64,000 bases of DNA from Ostrea edulis (lineage: Eukaryota), in NCBI RefSeq assembly GCF_947568905.1, contig NC_079165.1:45942001-46006000 (forward strand), written 5' to 3'. The translations under genes were made by a program, and so were the position numbers. Position 1 is the first letter of the stretch. Each line of letters opens with the position of its first letter. The notes below the pieces were generated by a model. That model was not told the DNA's origin and did no database searches. It saw only the letters and a list, made by a program, of their open reading frames with translations. Shown here one piece after another: positions 12,581 to 24,565 of the stretch.

Positions 12581-13760
12581 GGTGAAGATAACGAACAGTG
12601 ATCAATCTCATAACTCCTATAAGCAATACAAAATAGAGAGTTGGGCAAACACGGACCCCTGGATATACCAGAAGTGGGACCAGGTGCCTAGGAGGAGTTA
12701 GCATCCCCTGTCGACCGGTCACATCCGCCGTGAGCCCTATATCTTGACCAGGTAAACGGAATTATCTGTAGTGAAAATCAGTGTGCCGAGAACGGCCTAC
12801 CAATCGGCATGAAACACGTCAGACAGTATTTGACCCGCTGATAGGTTGTATTGGCAAACTAGATCGTTATAACGACCATAGAATTTGCGAAATGCTGATT
12901 TTAAACGAGACTGTTGGAACCCCTGCACCATCAACTTGTTTGTCAGTAGCCTGCTTCGATTTGAAAACTGACCAAACGCAGAACAAGCTCTTGCGTATCG
13001 AATCAGTTGAGAGATGTAAACACCATATGCAGGTGATAATGGAATATTGCTACATAAATACAGGAAGTTGACGATGGAGAAGCTGAAATCATCCCGTTTG
13101 TCCTAAAGTTGAGTTGTTAGTTTGCTGTTAATATCTACTTTCAATAAATATCGAAGTATGAAGCAGAAGTGGACGACTCTGTGGTGTCTTTTATTTCGAG
13201 CTCACTGGAATATATCGCGACATATGAATGAAAATTATTATTGTTAATAGATAAATCGTCGTCGATATATCTAAATGCCGAATTGAAGGCCACAGCAAAG
13301 ATATTTGTTCTTCCCACGTAGAAGTTCTTGAATAAATTCTGCTTCATAGGAATATAAAAACAGGTCAGCTAACAAAGGAGCACAATTCGTGCCCATGGGA
13401 ATTCCAACAGACTGTTGTAATATCTGATCACCAAAGACCACGAAGATATTGTCAATGAGGAACTCTAGTATATTTTTTATTTCAACTTCAGAGTACTTGT
13501 GCGTGGAATCAGAGTGGTGTTTAACAAAGTAATTTTTTGGATGACTTATCACTAGATAGGAATTTTTGCGTTTTCCATTTTTGTTGAAGAAGCAACTGTC
13601 TATGATGTCAAAAAGTCTAGTCTTTAATTTATCGTGAGGAATGGTCTTCAAATAATCAAAGATATCTTCAATTATTTGAGTGTACGTTAATTTGGCGCTC
13701 CTTAACCCAGAGTTCTCCAATATTGTATGTATTTGCAATATTGTGCAAATCATGATTTAT
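12575..13760 (-). mobile_element. 5'-truncated, degenerate Penelope-like retroelement (RT, thumb, 3' tail)
   Basis: RT motifs GIPMGTNCAPLLADLFLYSYEAEF (ORF 13271-13753) and FRYIDD...ELEIKDTTES (ORF 13141-13347) lie in different frames. The C-terminal RKFYGRYNDLVCQYNL..SDVFH and the 3' tail are shared with three other copies in the window. Confidence 0.85.
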
Positions 13761-14514
13761 ACGCAAAAATCTTGATTCATATTCGATAATCCTGTAATTC
13801 ATATGCAGAAATCATGATTTTTATTCGATAATCTTGTAACATGTATTTGTATATGCAAAAATCTTGGTTTATATAGATGAAACTACCATGAATACTATTA
13901 TATCGTTATAACCTGCTTTTTGTGAAATTTTGGTAATGCTGTTGAAGGAAAATTGCAATTTTCTGGGTTTTGTTTTTGTTTATTGTTTATGTATGTCTCG
14001 CATCTTAAAAATCGTGATGACCTATATATTTAAATTGATAATTCATTAGTTTTAAATCTAATGAATTGAAATAAATACACTTTCTATACTTTTATCAGGT
14101 AACAATACGAGTATGGAGTTACCTTATTGCCGGCTAATCGGGAGTTAGCTGTCTTTTGCTATTGATATTATAAACCTTTTACCTTATTGTAGTTTTCATA
14201 TTTGAACCTATTTTTATCTATTACGGTTGATTAATATAGGCAAAAATGACAAAACGATTCGGAATTTTAAACCGAGATGACTTGAAGCGTGGATTAGGAA
14301 GAGAGAGGAGCGGATCTTGAACGGAAGAAATCATACAAACCAAACGTATGTTCACATTATAATGTGTTGAAAGTAAGAAATAAAAATTAACCTTATCCTT
14401 TGAGGCTTAAAATTCCACTTCTTGCAAACTGTTACTTGACGCTTTTTATTTTTAAAAAATATCAGGTAGTTCTGAAGATCGAATCACGTGATCACATTTT
14501 AAAGGGTTAAAGTT

Positions 14515-15020
14515 TATGAGATATCTTATTTAGTTTATGACATATCTTATACATTTTATGATATATCTCATAAACTGTCAATTATATGAGATATCTTATA
14601 AAATATATGAGATATCTTATAAACTTTCTTTTATAATATATCTTATAAAAGTTATAAGATATCTTATGAAGTTTATGAAATATCTTATAAAATGTCATTT
14701 ACGAGATATTCTATAGAATGTACAAGCTATCTTATAAAATTTATGAGATATCTTATAAAACATAAAAAATCTTATAAAAATAAAATTATGAGATATCTTC
14801 TATTTTTTATAAGACATCCCATAAACTTTATGATATATCTTGTTTGATATATAAGATATCTTAAATTTTTAAGAGATATCTTACATAGTTTATCTAGATA
14901 TCTTATATATATTATGATATATTTTAGCAACTGTAAATTATATGAGATATCTTGTAAGATTTATTAGATATCGTATTGAAAATAGAAGATATCTCATAAA
15001 TTATATAAGATATCTTTATA
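14515..15020. repeat. Degenerate tandem array of a TGAGATATCTTATAAA-like unit, probably internal to a DNA element
   Basis: More than 20 diverged copies of (A)GATATCTT/GATATCTC at irregular ~15-25 bp spacing. Confidence 0.7.
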
Positions 15021-15340
15021 GAGGAATAAATGTAAATGTGACGTGCCATATCTGTGGGCATTTAAGTCTTTATACTGCTGCTGAATATTAGACATTAGCT
15101 TAATAGATATGCAGAACTGGTTGGTTTTTTGTGTTTTTTTTCTCTCTCTAGATCTCGTTGACCTTGGGCCTAGTGATACTTTTAACTAATGACCGATCAG
15201 GCCTGTGGGCCTCTTGGTTTTTTTTTTACTTGTAAAAGTAAGCATCATGAGCTTTCGTATTTAATATACATTGCACATAGAGTTTACATATATTTCTTGA
15301 AACTGGCAGAATACATGGCAACAAAAATAACTTGTTGACC

Positions 15341-15501
15341 ATCCTGTAAAGCTTGCTGTAGATATCCTGTAAAGCTTGCTGTAGATATCCTGTAAAGCTT
15401 GCTGTAGATATCCTGTAAAGCTTGCTGTAGATATCCTGTAAAGCTTGCTGTAGATATCCTGTAAAGCTTGCTGTAGATATCCTGTAAAGCTTGCTGTAGA
15501 T
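15341..15501. repeat. 23-bp minisatellite, 7 identical copies
   Basis: Unit ATCCTGTAAAGCTTGCTGTAGAT. Confidence 0.95.
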
Positions 15502-16490
15502 TGGATTTTTATAAAAATAAAATGAGAAGAGACCCGATGAGTTTCTATATCAGCAGTACAAGAGGGTTAGAATTCGGTCGTGCCACATATCTGTACTTCA
15601 GAACGTCAAATCAGCCATCACCCATTTTATCTGTTCGTGGTTTGAAATTTTATAATAGCTCTCGATATAAACAAGAAGATCAAGTCCTTCATGATGTGAT
15701 AAGGGTTATGCCACATCACGCAAAGGTGAACGAAAAATACTCAAGTTCTTTCAATCTTCAACTTTTTGATCATCATAAACAAACTTTATTCTTTTAAAAG
15801 GGAAATTTATGCATAACACACATTCTGTTTTACTCATTAATATCTTTTTTATTGTTTAAAATAATCTAGAGAAATGAGATCAAAATTAAGCAAGGAATTT
15901 CGTGTAGAACTCATCCATTGAATGCAGGTTTTTATTTTGTTTCTCAAAGCTTACTAAATATCAAATATTTTCTTCGTGAATTGAAATTGTCATACAGAAA
16001 AGTCGAAGTCGTGATAGGACATCCATAGAGTTGTGCCTAGATCAAAACAAAAATTAATTTAAGATTCATGTGTGCAGTTTGTTTTTTCTGTATTGCTATA
16101 CATTGCACATTTCCGGAGTGTCTACGTCACGGTCTTGTTCTGAGGACCAGAGTCCGCGACTCATGTCCAAGGTTTCATGACTAAAGGCCTTAGATGGGAA
16201 TGCACTGTTATGGAAATAGGAACCTAAACAAACACAAACAAACTTCGTGGACAGACAAACATGATCCTTATTTTAATGGATTTTGGGTGTGCTGCTCTCC
16301 TTCAAAAGTCTTCGAACACTCACCAGACAGTCACAAAAAACTTATTGGACTTAAAATTCATTTTGTGGAATTCTTGGGATGAAGTAACCTGAGAACGGGC
16401 GCCCAGCTCCAAGTCGCTATTCACCCTAACATTTTTACAGCAAATTTATATACAAGGACTGTGATACAAAGAACTACACATAAAGTAGAT

Positions 16491-16553
16491 ATGTACTTTA
16501 TTATTTGCGTTTCAATACTCCTTGGTAAGTATACTAATTTTCATGTTTGTTAT

Positions 16554-16601
<48 letters not shown>

Positions 16602-19600
16602 AAGTCGTTTTTGGCTTTCGAATCTTTATTCCACGTGAAATAAAATTTTGATTAAAATCCCTATTTTTACAGCCCATTTTCTGCAAGATGCAACTTCGCA
16701 AACACGTAAGTATTTCCCATCTATTATCAACTTAACAATTCTTTTAAATCGGGTACATTGATTAATCCCCAATCGACGAGGGACGTTAACGGTATGTGTG
16801 GCGTATCAAACAGCATTTTATTCGGTGTTAAAAACTACACCAATATTTTGTCATTATTTTATACTTTCAATTTCATCTCTTCTTTTTTCTTTAAAAGTTT
16901 GCGGGCATATATCACACGATATATGCCCGTAAACATTCCGGTCCGCAAACATTACGTCACAATCAAATTTCTACGCCGTTAATTTTCATCTTTTACTCAG
17001 TTAAACCGATAAAGTTATTGTTAAAAATAAAATTATTGTTAGTTTCTAAATGAAATTGAAAGTATATAATAAAAAGGTTATAGACTTTGTATGGGAAATA
17101 TGACGACCTCGTTTTTTGTCGCGAACGGACCGAGCTTGCGAACGGACCTCGCAAGCTCGGTCCGTCTACGCGCCATAAAAATCGGTCGTCATATTTTCCC
17201 ATACAAAGTCTATAACCTATAAGTATGATAAACTATAAAAAATAACCCGATTTGACAATTTCGACAAAGTATATACGGGTATTAAAGAAATACTGGTCTA
17301 CTCAATGTAAGGAGAAAACGGTGATTTTCTAATGCATATTTACGAAGGAGTGAAGTTTATGGCGGATGTATGCAAACGCGCGAGAAAAATATTACTAGAA
17401 ACACCATGGGAGATTTACAGTGTGAAGTCGTACTGAATGGTGATTTCATGTTAGACATGAAATCTAACTCCCCTTCCATTGCTCAAAGTGGGGGGTTCTA
17501 CTCCTTTTTCCGTCTGAATGTCTTCTATAACTGAATGTGTCCCGCCAACAGCGTGCAGGCCTTCCACGCATTCACGTCGCCCTAAAAATGTTGACTTTCG
17601 AAATTCCGCGTGCAATGTCACGTGATCATGAATATTTCGAAATGGGGCGTTCAATATTCGACTCAGAGAATACATAATTAAATAGGAAATTAGCTTGATT
17701 ACTTTTTAATCCGATTGAATTAAATTGCACAATTTGCATAAAGTGTATAACTTGATGCATATAGCTTGATATAAAACACATGTTTTTATTCCTTCGATAA
17801 TATCCAAATAGCTTTAAATATCGTTTAAAAAAATACAAATACATTATGTACAGGCCACAATTTCTTATTCCTTCCCGAGATGAAATTCATATATGATATA
17901 TATTTCACTCACATGCCTTTTTTCATTTACATTTACTTTGAAGAAAGCAAATTTATTTGTGAGAACCAGTCCGACCGTCTTTCCTGTTCAAATAATGACG
18001 TCATCACAATCAGGTCAATAAATTTTGGAAGAACAAACCCGAGTGTTTGCGGTATGGACCCCAATACATACTGCTACTCCTCTGGAAAGGTCACCGCCAA
18101 CATCGCTAGGACCTGCAACAGCCAGAACTCGTGTCAGCTAACGGCCTCTGCCGCCAGTCTGGGAGAGGACCCCTGTTCTGGGACCTCCAAGTACCTGGAC
18201 GTCCAGTACGACTGCAATCCACCGCCAACCACCACCACCACCACAACCACCACTACCACCCCGCCATCCACACAGCCACAATCCAGCTCTGCTCAGTCAG
18301 GTTCTATCGCAAGTCCAAATGCAGGTTTGATACACTATATTCCATTCATTTAGGCATGCTTAGTTTAATTAAAATGACTGCTCACCACGCAGCATTCATA
18401 CCGTGTGAACTGTAAATAGGATCAATTTCTTTTGAAATTCTAAGAAATTCGCGTAATTATTAGTCAGTTAAATTCACTTATTGCTGAAGATAAGGCATCT
18501 TCTAGCACAGACAGAGTATGAAAATATAGCCAAATGCGCTTAGATTCAAACCTTCAGGGTATTATTTGTTTGAGAGTTTTACATGTAGTGTTTTAACATC
18601 CAGCTATTAACCAACCCCCCCCCCCCCAAGAAAACCCCCACAACAAACACATAGTCATTAGGATGTAAGGGGCGGCCCGTTTGATTTGGAAGTGGTGAGT
18701 TAGATCCACATTGTTATGTCTCATAACTTTCATTGATCTTTGATTTCTGATGTAAGTAAATCATAATACATCTTAAATACACTATCGCGAATCCCAGTTA
18801 CGTACATGATTATAATGTTTCAAATTCGATTTATATGCATAGGAAAAAAAAGTACACAAATATGTACAAAAAAATATGTACATATATTCTCTAAATGGAG
18901 AAAACCGTATTACGGATGAGACCGTATTACTGAACTGATTCATCATATATGTAGTTTGAAAAAAGTAATGCTAAACTTACTATGACTTCTTGTATTCTAA
19001 ATAAGAATTATTTGGAATATAGATAATACCGAGGTCCCGTGTCAGAGCAGTCACGGGTGTACCTTTCAACAAACCCGCCCAGTATCAGCTCCACATGTTC
19101 ACATTGTTTTCCTATTACGTGATTTTTTAATCATAAAAAAATCTGTTCAAATATTCATTAACATTGGTATGATAACACAGACTTTTATTTTAACTATCAT
19201 ATCTAGAAATAATTTGGTTGAATCATTTGTAGGAGATTGCCAAATTAGATATATTTATCATTAAACATGTACATAAATCTCTTACCCTTAGCTTAATACA
19301 GATTATTTTACTGCCATTGTTTCAAAAAGCAGATTATAATATTACATGTAGTGAAAATTCTGTTTGATTTGTCTGAATGACACATCGACATTTCTAAACA
19401 ATCTTGGTTTTAGAAAAGTGTATAACGGACAATAAACGTTTCAGGTGGTCCACAAGTTTGTCACGAATACCTGATATCAGGAAGTCATGGAATACCTGAT
19501 AATAAACTGACAGCAACAAGCTCGTGGTCAAATTCTTCCAATCAGGACGGCAAGGCGTACCGCGCAAGACTTTTCAATACCGGATTTAACTTTGGAAATG

Positions 19601-22600
19601 GAACCTATCTCGTTGGAGGATGGGTGGCAGGTGTCAATGACAAAAACCAATACATTCAGGTACAGTTATTATTTAGCTATTATACGAATAGCTGAAACAT
19701 GTCAAAGAAAAAAAGGCACCCAAACAATTTACATTTTATCACTGATATATATCTGGATGTCTTCCTGCTTTCTCATTTGTTAATATACACTTCTCTTTAT
19801 AATTAACAAAACTAGAAATAGGTAAATCTTTGTGAGGTCCTGATAAAGCTAAAGTGATTGATCTGTATATATTTTTTATTTGACCTGGAAAATCTTATTA
19901 ATCTTTTCAACCCCCAAAAATCACGTTTTCTGTTGATATATATACAGGCGGAGTTCAATTCTGTCAGTGTTATTAGAGGCGTGGTAACACAGGGGCGCAA
20001 TGTCAACACACAGGACCAGTGTTGTCACCAAAAGGTCACCAAATACAAAGTCCTGTACAGTGTGGATGGAATCACGTACCAGACCATCAAGGATCATAAC
20101 GGAAATGACGTAGTAAGGACCATTTTGTAAAGCCTGTATGATTTTAAAATGTTTAAGACACCTACAAATACATGTATGTACAAAAGTTTTTTTTTTAAAA
20201 ATCTTAATTTGTAGGTGTATATAGGAAATACCAAAGACGAAGAACTTGAAATGACAAACATGTTTGGGTGTCCGATTATTGCCAAATACATCCGTATCCA
20301 GCCTTTGGATTGGTCAGCCCATATAGCATTGAGATTTGACGTGATTGGCTGCAGGGCAACCACTGGTAAATAGAAAGATGCTTTCTGAGAAAATAGCATT
20401 GTTCGCTCTATATGATTAGGCTATAAGTATGAATATTACTTATAATGTACACGAATTTTGAATTTTGTCATCAAAGAATTTTACATGGATAGACATAGTT
20501 CAAGTTTTATACTAAATACAGGCTGCTGTATATGCTTGTTTAATAATAATTTTAAAAAAAAACCTTAAAGATCCATATGGACAATGTCCAAATGGGTGGA
20601 AGGAAAGACCAGGGTCCAAAACGTGTTACTTGATTACGACCAATCAGGCTCTTGGATGGAGAGAGGCCAGACAGCGATGTAAGCAACAACAAGGCGATTT
20701 CGTCAAGATTGATTCCATTCAAGAGAGGGTATGCATATTCTAAACAGTTGCTTACATTTACAATTGATAATTTTCAAAATTAATTTGCGATGAATAGTGG
20801 AATAAACCAACTAACATATTTTAAATATCAAATTTTAAAAAATTAACAGATTCATATATTACTCTTTCGAAACCATTTAGCTTGAGAACACTAATATTTC
20901 TTGCTGTCTTACTTATACATTCTTTCGTACCCACATATAGGATTGGCTCATTCAGGAAATCAAGCAGCGGGCGTTTACCCAAGTTTGGATTGGTCTAAAT
21001 AATCTTCCGAGGCGAGATAACAAAAATTTTCATTGGACAGACGGTTCTGCTCTAAATACAAACATTGTGTAAGCATACGTTGGAATTTTAAAGAAAAAAA
21101 TTGACAACACATATGAACGTCGATGCTATAAAATATGCATTCTAATTGTTTGTACAATATCTTAATCAAAGAAAGATTCACGATGATTTTCTTGGGTTGG
21201 TGTAATCATTGTGGGTTGAAAAACTTATATTGTAGCTTATTTTCACTACAACCCGATTCATTTGTATTACGTTTGTAAGCAGTTTTAAACATGGAATTTT
21301 ATGTATGGGTAAATACAAGTTATGAAAAATTTGCAGACCTTGGAAGACAGGTAATCCCGACAACTATCTTCAAAACGAACACTGTGGAGAGTTCTCCAAC
21401 GCAGAACTGAATGACATAGACTGTAATACCAAAATCAACTTCATTTGCGAGAAACCAAAGTGTAAGATCCACATTGTCTTCCTTTTCAAAAAAGAAAAGT
21501 AAAATATCTTCTTGAAAATAACAACAACAAAACTTATCCTGCAAATATTTGACCTTTTTTGGTTTAGTTTGGACAAATCCTAACTCAGCTACCACCCAGG
21601 CTCCACCCAACAGTCAGACTACCACAAACAACGCGGGATCCCAGGGCAGCACAAAGTCTGGATCAACCAGCACGGTGATCTCCCCTACAAAACATACAAC
21701 ACTGAAACCATCCACTCGTAAGTCGCTAAAACCATCTACTCGTAAGTCTCTAAAACCATCCACTTGTAAGTCTCTAGTCATTTTTAAAAGTTCCAATTCC
21801 TTTAAAGTTTAAATATTATTTTAAGTCTTGCATAATTTACAGAAACCAAAGTTATTCCAACGTTAGCTGGAGCTAAAGTAGTCAACGGGATACTGTTTAC
21901 AAGTAAGTTTTTGAAATTATTTTTTATCTAGAACAATTTCGAGCAGATCATTGACCCTATAATATTTCCCCCTTTTCCCACCAAAACTCATTTGTACACA
22001 ACTATTTCTTCCCGTCCAAAATAGGATAACGTTTGGTTATAAACTTAACTAATCTTGTCAGATATTAGTTTGTACCTGTTTACGAAGTATGTCGAGTTGA
22101 TAATATGCTACACAAATAACTATATTTCCACATATGTTGATAATAGGCTACACAAATAACTATATTTCCACACATGTTGATAATAGGCTACACAAATAAC
22201 TATATTTCCACACATGTTGATAATAGGCTACACAAATAACTATATTTCCACACATGAAAGTAAGAGCTGAAAGGAAAGGTTTATTTTTACTTATCGTCGT
22301 ATATTTATTATCTGCAGCTACTAGAGAAGTAAGTTAGGAGCCCATTTCAATTTTTCAAAATACAAAATTTACATGTAGATACATCTTCACAAGTCAAGGG
22401 TTATTGATTCGTTACCTCGCACTAAAGTAACGGATCAACGCTGACTCCTGAAGATCATGTAGGCAATGATTTAGAAATTCTTCCTTTTATCTTATCCTTT
22501 AACTAAAAAAAATTGGATGATTTGAATGCAAATTCAATAAAAAGTCTCATGAACGCCTCATGTTTGGTAATCGTCAATAAAGTATTTGAATTTTATCTAG

Positions 22601-22655
22601 TCTGACGTCATTGTCATAAACCATATTAAGGGTAGGGTGACGTTACAGGAAGAGC

Positions 22656-22709
<54 letters not shown>

Positions 22710-23876
22710 AATGTTCATGTATTTGAAAATGCTAAAAGTCGCATTAGCATGAAGCGAATAACAAAAAATGCGAATATCATCTAGAATGTCTTCAATATTG
22801 GTCCAGTCATTCTAGGGAGGAGTAACATACCGTCATAATGGCTGACCTCCTTTTGAAACACGAATGAAATTGTAAATATATTTGAAATCTAATAGCTTGT
22901 AAATATATCTGAAATCTAATAGTTTGTAAATATATCTGAAATCTAATAGCTTGTAAATATATCTGAAATCTAATAGCTGAGTTGGTAAGCCCAGTAGGTT
23001 AACATGTCGACTGCTGATCTGCACATCAAGTCTAGCAGGAGTTTTCATCCCCCTTATTACTTTCTGATAAAACTGCATTTTAACTAAATAAAGTAAAGTT
23101 GAAAGTTTTCAATTTGAACATATTCTTGTTTTTAGAACTTGTGCCCGATCCCTTTGTAATTATACGACAATAAGATACGTTAAAACAAATACACATCTAT
23201 ATCAGATTTCTCTGTGTTGACTGGTTGACGTCAATTTGTCAACATAACGCCTCACGCCTTACCAATTACCCTTTTCTGATGTCGACAAACTTTTGGACCA
23301 TTGTTCCCGTCCAAAATTCGACGTCAGGGGAAATAAATGTCAAATTTTTGTTTAAAATTTTGAATTTTATCATCAGTTTAAATTTCAATCAGATTTCGAA
23401 ATGGTATCCAAACAGTAATTACATAGGAATAATTTCTGCCTGTACATTGAGTAGTAGTTACTTTTACCGTTCAGTTCACGTCACCAGAAAATCTTGGGTA
23501 TTCATGTAAAAGAGTGGCCCAAAACAATGTCGTTTCAGGTTGGTGTCCTTTCAGTACGAGAGAACTAATATCAAACGACATTGTAGAATGCATCTGTATA
23601 CACGTATGTGATAAAAGAGCATTCAACAATAAATAAGAGGAAGACAATATTAGTCTTATAATTTATGGCAATATTCTTTCAGCGGGTTGCGGTAACCAGA
23701 ACGACTGCTATAATCTTGGTATTGGTGATCACCAATACTGTGCTGATTGCCATAGTTACCTGACATGCGCACCCAGTGGCATCTTCGTCAGGCCTTGCCC
23801 CTCTAATCTGGAATTTGACAACAACCTCCAGGCATGCGTAGCCAGATCCTGGACATGCAGGAGAGTCGCAGGATAA
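16491..23876 (+). CDS. Secreted multi-lectin mosaic protein (signal peptide, SUEL/Gal_lectin, F5/8 type C, C-type lectin, chitin-binding type 2), ~597 aa
   Basis: join(16491..16524,16673..16705,17944..18324,19445..19659,19948..20112,20215..20365,20571..20728,20941..21068,21337..21461,21568..21717,21843..21902,23683..23876) = 1794 nt, open, all GT-AG. Signal MYFIICVSILLAHFLQDATS. SUEL: CENQ..LSC..FGRTNPSVC..DPCSGTSKYLDVQYDC. FA58C: GVVTQGR, YIRIQPLDW..ALRFDVIGC. CTLD: CPNGW..CY..WIGL..WTDG..CGEF..NDIDC..FICEK. ChtBD2: 6+ Cys, RPCPSNLEFDNNLQAC. Confidence 0.88.
17076..17217. repeat. 142-bp imperfect palindrome, core of a palindromic non-autonomous element in lectin intron 2
   Basis: GGTTATAGACTTTGTATGGGAAA(T)ATGACGACC ... 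GGTCGTCATATTTTCCCATACAAAGTCTATAACC, with an inner hairpin GGACCGAGCTTGCGA/TCGCAAGCTCGGTCC. Confidence 0.85.
21703..21775 (+). repeat. 24-bp tandem repeat (3 copies) spanning the 5' splice site of lectin exon 10
   Basis: AAACCATCCACTC|GTAAGTCGCTA. GTAAGT occurs at 21718, 21742 and 21766. Confidence 0.9.
22096..22256. repeat. 40-bp minisatellite, 4 copies
   Basis: Unit GTTGATAATAGGCTACACAAATAACTATATTTCCACACAT. Confidence 0.9.
22870..22977. repeat. 27-bp minisatellite, 4 copies
   Basis: Unit TTGTAAATATATCTGAAATCTAATAGC. Confidence 0.92.
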
Positions 23877-24224
23877 AAAACTGTCAAATGTATTATCTTA
23901 CGTTACATTTCTCCAATGTGTGCCTCAGTATCCTTTATACAAACAATCCCAGTGTTGTATTGCACCAGTTTTCCAGTACGAAAAGAATCCGTTGCACATA
24001 CTTTTAAACATTATCCTCATTTGTTATTGTTTTCATCCTAAGTAATTCAAATAAAATGTTTTGGAAATGACTTTTTCTGTTCTTTTAATAGTATAATTTG
24101 ATTACAGAATCCCAATATCTTTTCAGTAACAACGTGATGTAGCCCGTGATGTAATAATTATTTTATTTGGAATGGTTTTTGCGACTGAATCAATAACGAA
24201 AACGTGAAAAAAGTGAAGATGACC

Positions 24225-24565
24225 ATTAAACAATGATCAATCTAATAATTCCTATAAAGAATACAAAATTAAGAGTAGGGCAAACATGGATCTCCGAACA
24301 CACCAGAGATGTAACCAGGTGCCTAGCAGAAATAAGCATCCCCTGTTGAATGGTTACACACGCCGTGAGGCCTTCATTTTGATCAGATAAACGGAATAAT
24401 AGGTAGTCAAAAATAGCATTTAAAGAACAGCCTAACAATTGGTATGAATCACGTCAAACAGCATTCTACCTATAATGACAGGTTGTATTTGTAAATCAGA
24501 TCGTTATAACGACCATAGAATTTGCGTAATACTGACTTTAAACAAGACTGTTGAAACCCCTCTAA
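24225..24565 (-). mobile_element. Penelope-like element 3' end fragment
   Basis: Homologous to 12580-12920 (GGGCAAACA..GG, AAGCATCCCCTG, GATCGTTATAACGACCATAGAATTTGCG). Confidence 0.75.

Noticed and set aside
12575-12790. Possible SECIS in the Penelope-like 3' tail (Naiad-type elements can encode selenoproteins)
   Set aside because: I could not pair a convincing helix between candidate UGA/GA quartet halves by eye; a SECISearch run would be needed.
12781-13071. 96-aa plus-strand ORF (also the ORFs at 24226-24438 and 37990-38235)
   Set aside because: These are antisense readings of the Penelope-like C-terminus and tail.
14246-14375. MTKRFGILNRDDL/EAWIRKREE peptide resembling the N-terminus of Crypton/DUF3504 proteins
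   Set aside because: It needs a frameshift, is very short, and no downstream tyrosine-recombinase motifs were found.
15501-15797. 98-aa ORF next to the 23-bp array
   Set aside because: No recognisable motif, no splice partners and no support in other frames.
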